A DNA stretch of 64,000 bases from an uncultured delta proteobacterium (GTDB taxonomy: Bacteria; Desulfobacterota; RBG-13-43-22). The notes under the pieces were generated by a model. That model was not told the origin of the DNA. It did not search any database and was given only the letters and a program-made list of their open reading frames with translations. The position numbers and the translations under genes are program-made. The stretch covers positions 1,568,001-1,632,000 of the forward strand of contig CAWBOS010000010.1 of NCBI GenBank assembly GCA_963790475.1, read 5' to 3'. Every line of letters begins with the position of its first letter. Position 1 is the first letter of the stretch. Positions 57,680-64,000 of this stretch are shown piece by piece.

Positions 57680-58006
57680 CGTTTTCCTCCAATGAATTTA
57701 TTTTTAAGAATTAATTTGAATCTTCTCCTGATGGATTTTTATTTTGTATATCTTTCCCGGCCAAATAAGTCAAACGTAATTGTGTTAAAGAACAGGCCTG
57801 AGGAAACCAATTGGAATCCAATGGGACTCAAGGTTCTTGACTCCCTTCACTTTGCCGAAAGCAACCTGGATAGCTCCGGCTCCCCCTGATTGCGGTCGAA
57901 ACGGCTGAACCGGTTAAAAGCGAAGGGGGGGCAACTTCATGGTTGCCTTGACAGTCCAAAGAGCCCTGTGATAGATTCTGTTTCATTACTGCCCGGAAGG
58001 AATAGT

Positions 58007-59458
58007 ATGACTGCTCCAGGATCGAAAAATATAATTGATGAAATATTTCATCCCAGGTCGATTGCCGTTATAGGCGCCCGTTCCAACGAATCAATGGAAA
58101 ACGACGGTTGGGTGTCCCGATTAATCGCCTTTGGTTATGCCGGCACGATCTACCCGATCAATCCCAAAGCCACCGAAATCATGGGGCTCAAGACCTATCC
58201 AACCATCAGGGACGTTCCTGGACCTGTGGACCTGGCCATTTTCAATGTCCCTTTTAGAGTATCGGATAAAATCATGGCCGATTGCGCGGCCAAGGGGGTC
58301 AAATTCGTTCATGTTTATACTGCCGGATTCAGCGAGACCGGCAAGCCGGAGGGGATCAGACTGCAAAACGAAATTGAACGCATTGCCGGAGAGGCCGGCA
58401 TCAGAGTGATCGGTCCCAATTGCATGGGTCTGTATTATCCTCACGGGGGTCTGACTTTCGGCCGGATGTTGTCAAAGATACCGGGCCCGGTGGCCTTTGT
58501 TTCCCAGAGCGGGGCCTCGGCTTCCCGGGTGGTGGCCCAGGGTAATGAAAGGGGTATTTTTTTCAGCAAGGTGGTTAGTTACGGAAACGCCATTGATCTC
58601 GACGGGACGGACTTCATCGAGTATCTGTCGAACGATCCGGAAACTCAGGTCATCGCCTCCTATGTTGAAGGGGTTAAGGACGGCCGCCGATATTTTAATG
58701 CGATCCGGGAATGCACCGGGAAAAAACCGGTCATCGCTCTAAAGGCCGGTATTACCGAAGGCGGCAGCCGGGCGGCAGCCTCTCATACGGCAGTCCTGGC
58801 CGGTTCGGAAATCATTTGGGATTCCTTTTTCAGACAGACCGGGGTCATCCGGGTTGACGATCTGGAGGAGTTGCTTGATGTGGCCCTGGCCTTCATCCAT
58901 CTCCATCGTCCGGCCGGGCGACAGGTCGGAATCGTCGGTCGAGGAGGCGGATTGGGGGTGGTGGCTACGGACATGTGCGAAAAAGCCGGTTTAAAGGTCC
59001 CTCAATTTCAGTTGGAAACGCAAAAACGACTGGAACAACTGATTCCCGACGCGGGGACGAGTGCCAGAAATCCGGTGGAGCCTGATAAGGGATTGGCCGC
59101 CTGGGCCGCCTTTTATGAAGAAGGATTGAAAGCCATCGATGCGGACCCAGGTATCGATATCATATTGACCCACCTCGGGATCGATATCTATGGGGGAATC
59201 GGAGTTCGCTTGAGCCAGTCCCTGGATGAAACCATCGGCATCCTCCTCAAACTCTCTAAACGATTGTCCAAGCCTCTGGTGATTGTCCTTTACTCGGGTG
59301 GACGGGCGGAAACGATCAATGCCGTACTCTTAGCCCAACAAAAGTGCTTGGAAGCGGGGATCCCGGTTTATCCCAGCGTACCCTCAGCCGCTAAAGCCAT
59401 CAGCCGTTTTATCGGCTATTACGAATTCCTGGATCGAAAATCGGGGCATCCGAAATAA
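58007..59458 (+). CDS. NDP-forming acyl-CoA synthetase alpha subunit-like
   Basis: PRSIAVIGA, YPINP, AGFSETG, IGPNCMG, SQSG, AASHTA (phospho-His). Confidence 0.9.
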   Translation: MTAPGSKNIIDEIFHPRSIAVIGARSNESMENDGWVSRLIAFGYAGTIYPINPKATEIMGLKTYPTIRDVPGPVDLAIFNVPFRVSDKIMADCAAKGVKFVHVYTAGFSETGKPEGIRLQNEIERIAGEAGIRVIGPNCMGLYYPHGGLTFGRMLSKIPGPVAFVSQSGASASRVVAQGNERGIFFSKVVSYGNAIDLDGTDFIEYLSNDPETQVIASYVEGVKDGRRYFNAIRECTGKKPVIALKAGITEGGSRAAASHTAVLAGSEIIWDSFFRQTGVIRVDDLEELLDVALAFIHLHRPAGRQVGIVGRGGGLGVVATDMCEKAGLKVPQFQLETQKRLEQLIPDAGTSARNPVEPDKGLAAWAAFYEEGLKAIDADPGIDIILTHLGIDIYGGIGVRLSQSLDETIGILLKLSKRLSKPLVIVLYSGGRAETINAVLLAQQKCLEAGIPVYPSVPSAAKAISRFIGYYEFLDRKSGHPK

Positions 59459-59471
59459 CCTAAAAAAACAG

Positions 59472-59710
59472 GTACCACTTTAGACTTATAAAAAATAAAT
59501 TATCCGACAGGATTAACAGGATTTATAAGTATTTTGCTCAGGCTCCGAGAGATCCTGAGCAACTTCGATCCGCTTCTAACGGAAACTGAGGCGTCTATTC
59601 GCAGGACGATATGGTTTGTGCCTTTCTTCCGGAAAGGCACAAAAATCAAGGTGATCCTGTAAATCCTGTCTGATAAAAATTGCGAAATTTAAAAAGCTAA
59701 ACGGGTACAA
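59472..59710 (+). mobile_element. ACAGGATT-armed MITE-like element, copy 2
   Basis: GACAGGATTAACAGGATT...TTGCTCAGG..CCTGAGCAACTTCGATCCGCTTCT...TTTGTGCCTTTC..GAAAGGCACAAA...ATCCTGTAAATCCTGTC. Confidence 0.8.
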
Positions 59711-59790
59711 ATAAAAGAAGAATCACTATCTAATCTCTTTTGTTACCTATTCAGAATGGGTGTCAATCCTAAGGGAGAAAGGAGTGTACC

Positions 59791-60558
59791 ATGGGAAAAC
59801 TTGATGGAAAGGTGGCTATTGTAACCGGTGCCAGTCGGGGGATCGGAAAAGCAGTCGCAATTGAATTTGCCAAGGAACGGGCCCGAGTGGTAGTTGCCGG
59901 CCGAACGGTTGAGCCGTTAAAAACCGGTTTGTCCGGGACCATTCTTGATACCGCCGAGGCGATTAAAGCCGCGGGCGGCCAGGCCCTGGCTATTAAGACG
60001 AATGTCATGGTCGAAGACGAGGTCCAGGCCATGGTGCAGCAGGTGTTAAAAGAATGGGGCAGGATAGATATCCTGGTCAACAACGCGGCAGTAGCGGCCC
60101 CCGGCCCCTTCGCCGAGACGACGACCCGTCGCTGGAATCTGGTCATAGGGGTGAACCTCCTGGGGACTTTCCTGTGCACCAAAGCCGTCCTCCCCATCAT
60201 GATGAAACAGAAAGGAGGGAGCATTATCAATACCAGTTCCGGCGCGGCAGACAGCAGGGTGTACGGGGTCACCGGAATCGCCTATGGCACGGCCAAGGCG
60301 GCGATTGAGCATTATACCTGCAGCTTGGCTGCTGAGCTTGGTCCGTATAATATTGCCGTCAACTGTTACAAGCCGGCTCAGGGAGTGGCTACAGAAGGAT
60401 ATGTATTCAATTTGCCGCCGGGATACGATAAGTCACGGTTGATCGGCCCAGAGAAAATGGTCAAGGCGGCCATTTTCTTGGCTCAACAGGATGCCAAGGG
60501 GGTTACAGGATGCGTGGCCAGGGATGAGGAGATCATCCAGTGGCACGGGTTAAAATAA
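59791..60558 (+). CDS. SDR family oxidoreductase
   Basis: TGASRGIG, ILVNNA, YGTAK (YxxxK). Confidence 0.93.
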   Translation: MGKLDGKVAIVTGASRGIGKAVAIEFAKERARVVVAGRTVEPLKTGLSGTILDTAEAIKAAGGQALAIKTNVMVEDEVQAMVQQVLKEWGRIDILVNNAAVAAPGPFAETTTRRWNLVIGVNLLGTFLCTKAVLPIMMKQKGGSIINTSSGAADSRVYGVTGIAYGTAKAAIEHYTCSLAAELGPYNIAVNCYKPAQGVATEGYVFNLPPGYDKSRLIGPEKMVKAAIFLAQQDAKGVTGCVARDEEIIQWHGLK

Positions 60559-60604
60559 GGCTTATTCCCATTTTTGCAGACGCCCGAAACACGAAAATTT
60601 TTCT

Positions 60605-60720
60605 AAGGTTTCAAGGAGCCAAGGGGTCAAGGTTTCAAGGTTTCAAGGGAAAAACTTGGAGACTAAAGACCTTGAACCCACTCGGCTGAGCTCGTCGCAT
60701 GCCTCGAACCCTGGAATCCT
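60605..60720. repeat. palindromic element with TCAAGG/CCTTGA arms
   Basis: TCAAGGAGCCAAGGGGTCAAGGTTTCAAG matches the reverse complement of 44425-44452. Confidence 0.75.
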
Positions 60721-60760
60721 ATAACCCTTTTTTTCGAACTAATGAAAGGAGCACATCATC

Positions 60761-61909
60761 ATGGACTTTATGTTTACCGAAGAACAAAAGGAATTGAGAC
60801 GCCGAGTACGGAAGTTCGCTGAGGAAAAGCTTGCTCCCCTGGCACCCGTGGTCGACGAGTCTGAAGAGATTTCCTGGGACCTGGTCAAGTTGCTGGCCGA
60901 TGAAGGGCTCCTTCGCCTGATGGTACCTAAAGAGTATGGCGGAGACGGAATGGTAAGCTGCGTCAACATTTCCATTGTGCGGGAGGAGTTCAGCCGGATA
61001 TGTAGTGCTGCCGCTTCCATCTTCACCATGCAGGGTCTGGGGACTTACCCTATTACACTTTTCGGCACCGACGAACAAAAGCGCAAATACTTGTCTCCCA
61101 TAGGGAATGGGGAGAGATTAGCCGCCTTTGCTCTCAGCGAACCCGATGCCGGCTCTGATGTCGCCCGGATGAAGACCACTGCCGTTCTGGATGGAGACCA
61201 TTACGTCCTGAACGGGTCAAAGCGCTGGATCAGTCAGGGACCGGCCGCTGAAATTTACACCGTTTTCGCGAAGACCGATCCGGCCCAAGGCAATAAAGGC
61301 ATCTCCGCTTTTATCGTAGAGAAGGGGACCCCGGGCTTCGACCCCAGCCGGAAAATGAAGCTGATGGCCGCTCACTGTATCTGTGAGCCGAGATTTGAGA
61401 ATTGCCGCGTTCCCAAGGGAAATCTCCTGGGCGAACTGAACCGGGGAATGAGGATTTCCATGGAGAACCTGGATATGTTTCGCACTACAGTGGGGGCAAC
61501 GGCGGTGGGATACGCTCAAAGGGCCTATGAGGAGGCTAAGACCCGAGCCAAGGGCAGGATTGTCTTTAACCAGCCCCTGTCTGAGTTCCAGGTCACCCAG
61601 TTTAAGTTGGCCGATATGGCCACCGAAATCCAGGCTGCCCGGCTGATGGTCTACTGGGCCGCTAAAAAGAAGGACCAGGGCCAAGACTGGCGAACGGTAA
61701 TGACTTCGGCCTCCATGGCCAAACTCTTCGCCACGGAAGTGTGTCATAGAGTGGTCGACGAGTCACTTCAAATCCACGGGGGTACCGGCCTCATTAAAGG
61801 AACCCCCATCGAACGCATTTACCGGATGCAGCGATCTCTTCGCATCTATGAAGGGGCCTCAGAAATCCAACGGATAACCATCGCCCGAAGCATTCTAAGA
61901 GAGGATTAG
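60761..61909 (+). CDS. acyl-CoA dehydrogenase
   Basis: FALSEPDAGSD, LNGSKRWIS, FQ.TQFKLADM, QIHGG.G, IYEGASEIQ. Confidence 0.95.
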   Translation: MDFMFTEEQKELRRRVRKFAEEKLAPLAPVVDESEEISWDLVKLLADEGLLRLMVPKEYGGDGMVSCVNISIVREEFSRICSAAASIFTMQGLGTYPITLFGTDEQKRKYLSPIGNGERLAAFALSEPDAGSDVARMKTTAVLDGDHYVLNGSKRWISQGPAAEIYTVFAKTDPAQGNKGISAFIVEKGTPGFDPSRKMKLMAAHCICEPRFENCRVPKGNLLGELNRGMRISMENLDMFRTTVGATAVGYAQRAYEEAKTRAKGRIVFNQPLSEFQVTQFKLADMATEIQAARLMVYWAAKKKDQGQDWRTVMTSASMAKLFATEVCHRVVDESLQIHGGTGLIKGTPIERIYRMQRSLRIYEGASEIQRITIARSILRED

Positions 61910-62595
61910 GGAAGAAGTCGTAAATATCAGGAGGTCAAATCTTCTTCAGCCACATCAGGCGGGATATTTTCTTTGAAAGCGTGCGGCAACTGATGCGGGA
62001 ATTCGTTGGTCAGAGTAAAGAATCGGTTCAGGGGGGGAAGGCAACAGAATGAGTCGATAACCCAGGCATCGCCCATAAACGAAACGATGCCCGGGTTAAT
62101 CTTTTTCCCGGTTGATCCCTATGAGTCTCCCGACCGCATAGCGGCAAATCCAAGAAGCAATATAATATTGGAAATAAAATTGCGGAAGTGTCCCTTCTCC
62201 TTGGAAGAAGAATTGCTTTCTGTAACATTGTCTTTCGTATTTTCCTGATTATACCAGAGTTCAATCGCTAATCGCCGACGAACCCCTTCCAGCCCCTTCC
62301 AGGGAAAAATCCCCATTTACAATTTCCAAAAACGTGTATAATGAAGGTCCATTCAAAAGCCAAATCAGTAAGGTAGCCTGTCTTTCAGAATCGCCGCTTT
62401 ACCATAAAGGAGGGGCAAAAATATGGAGGAATTTTAAAAATCCTGTTTCTCAACCAAGAGGCGGGGTTTTTAATTTTTGATGAATCGCCCAGAGATTTAA
62501 AGAATGAACGATAAAAAAAAGACAAAACCGTTTGAAATAATATCTATTATATAAGAACAACATTCCGTGAGTCTTATCCAGATTGGAGTTTATCA

Positions 62596-63288
62596 ATGGG
62601 CAGCTTTTTTTTCAATGTTCTGACTCACTTAGTGGTGGCGATGATCGCCGGAGGGCTTGTAGGGCTTGAAAGGACTTATAATGGGCATGCTGCAGGATTC
62701 CGCACTCACACTCTTGTATGCATGGCTTCGAGCCTCCTCATGCTTGTCACGGTTTACCAAGGCCAGTGGTTTTCTGGTGCCATGCCCGAGACCGTACGGA
62801 TTGACCCCACACGTATGGCTCAGGGGATTATGACCGGCATCGGTTTTCTCGGCGCCGGAGTTATCATGAAAGAGGGACTTTCGATACGGGGCCTGACAAC
62901 CGCAGCATCAATATGGATTACCGCAGCAATAGGGATTCTTGCAGGTGTTGCCTTTTACAACGCAGTAATCATCGTGACTATCCTAACCCTTGGTACCCTC
63001 ACTATTTTTCGTTGGATCGAGTCAAAAATACCTACCCTTATTTATGCTCATAACTCACTGCGTTTCCCCCGGGAGATGACAATGTCTGAAGCGGACTTGC
63101 GAACTCTTTTAACTCAACATGGATTCAATGTCGTAGAACTAAGCTACTCTCTTACAGATGAAGGGAAGTTCTTCGAATACGACTTGCTGATTCGTACTCG
63201 AAAAGAGGAAAACATATTGCGTCTCTCACAAACTTTATCAAGACTCGACTCAGTCAAGGGATTTCGCATCTCCCTGACCGGAGACTGA
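62596..63288 (+). CDS. mgtC: MgtC/SapB family protein
   Basis: GLER...AAGFRTHTLV, DPTRMAQGIMTGIGFLGAG, GLTTAASIW. Confidence 0.92.
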   Translation: MGSFFFNVLTHLVVAMIAGGLVGLERTYNGHAAGFRTHTLVCMASSLLMLVTVYQGQWFSGAMPETVRIDPTRMAQGIMTGIGFLGAGVIMKEGLSIRGLTTAASIWITAAIGILAGVAFYNAVIIVTILTLGTLTIFRWIESKIPTLIYAHNSLRFPREMTMSEADLRTLLTQHGFNVVELSYSLTDEGKFFEYDLLIRTRKEENILRLSQTLSRLDSVKGFRISLTGD

Positions 63289-63450
63289 GGCGGTCCCCAA
63301 AAATTGGAATGGTGAGGCAATTTTCGAGGAACTTAAGGGGTCTTCCGCAAACTTCCATTAATCTTCCCCCTTTTAACCTTTCCCCCCCAAAAAAGTCTGA
63401 TCTATTAAAAATAGGCTATCGGAAAACTATTAAAATTGAGATGAGATTGA

Positions 63451-63573
63451 TTCGCAAAAAGTCGTCGCCCCGGCGAAAGCCGGGGACCAGGAGATTAAAA
63501 CTACCTAAAATCACTGGATTCCGGCTTTCACCGGAATGACTAATGCGGATTTCGGCGACTTTTTGCGAGTTCA
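63451..63573. repeat. GTCATTCCGG-type palindromic repeat, copy 5
   Basis: CGCAAAAAGTCGTCGCCCCGG...CTGGATTCCGG..CCGGAATGAC...GACTTTTTGCG. Confidence 0.85.
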
Positions 63574-63679
63574 TCAGATAAAGGTCTTGACAAGCGGCAC
63601 ACCGCTGATCATTTTATTCCCTGAAAAAATCTTAAAAATAAAGAATCATTACAGTCAGTTAGATCGAGAAGGAAAAGCA

Positions 63680-64000
63680 ATGAAAATAAGAAAAAATATT
63701 ATCATTTCCTTGTGGCTGTGGTCGCTGATTCTGACCCTGCTCGCGGCCCCTGGGGAGATCATGGCCCAAGGCCCGGACTCGGGCGATCCAATGCCTTTCC
63801 GCCAGGAAGAACTGGACCAGATGCTGGCGCCCATCGCCCTCTATCCGGATGACCTTTTGTCAGAGGTCCTGATCGCGGCGACTTATCCCCTGGAGGTGGT
63901 CGAGGCCGCCCGCTGGATTCAAGCCAATCCTAATTTAGGGGGGGACCAACTGGCAGCCGCCCTGGAACAAAAAGACTGGGACCCCAGCGTGAAATCCCTG
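63680..64000 (+). CDS. DUF3300 domain protein (runs off the window)
   Basis: Signal peptide; ELDQMLAPIALYPD.LL..VL.AATYP.EVVEAARW...WDPSVKSL. Confidence 0.88.
   Translation, partial: MKIRKNIIISLWLWSLILTLLAAPGEIMAQGPDSGDPMPFRQEELDQMLAPIALYPDDLLSEVLIAATYPLEVVEAARWIQANPNLGGDQLAAALEQKDWDPSVKSL

Noticed and set aside
62006-62316. Short ORFs between the acyl-CoA dehydrogenase and mgtC
   Set aside because: No RBS or recognisable motif; possibly a decayed gene but I cannot support it.

Overview
Bacterial window, probably from an anaerobic Desulfobacterota/deltaproteobacterium (inferred from gene content and repeat families), with three parts. (1) 1-27483 is the right-hand part of a mosaic genomic island that ends in a duplicated 3' half of tRNA-Ala(GGC), an att site. 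It carries secreted nucleases, small hypothetical genes, RecD2, a LexA plus truncated family-B polymerase cassette with its own SOS box, a 265-bp TGT...ACA mini-transposon with a 5-bp target duplication, a decayed attC-like site and a prophage remnant (lysis genes and a PLxRFG-like polyvalent protein). (2) 27.5-36.4 kb is a tandem array of periplasmic binding protein plus sensor kinase modules with no transporter. (3) 36.4-64 kb is metabolic. It includes an 11-gene GntR-led operon: a divergent B12 acyl-CoA mutase whose two subunit genes flank a radical SAM-PDZ-DUF512 gene, plus MeaB, a crotonase, PrpD, a CoA transferase, an ICL-family lyase and a LeuCD-like hydratase. This operon is the best candidate for an undescribed system. 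After it come fabH, a frameshifted ppdK, hydrolases, acyl-CoA enzymes and mgtC. Many intergenic gaps hold palindromic or MITE-like elements of several families. All calls come from reading motifs by eye; no searches were run.
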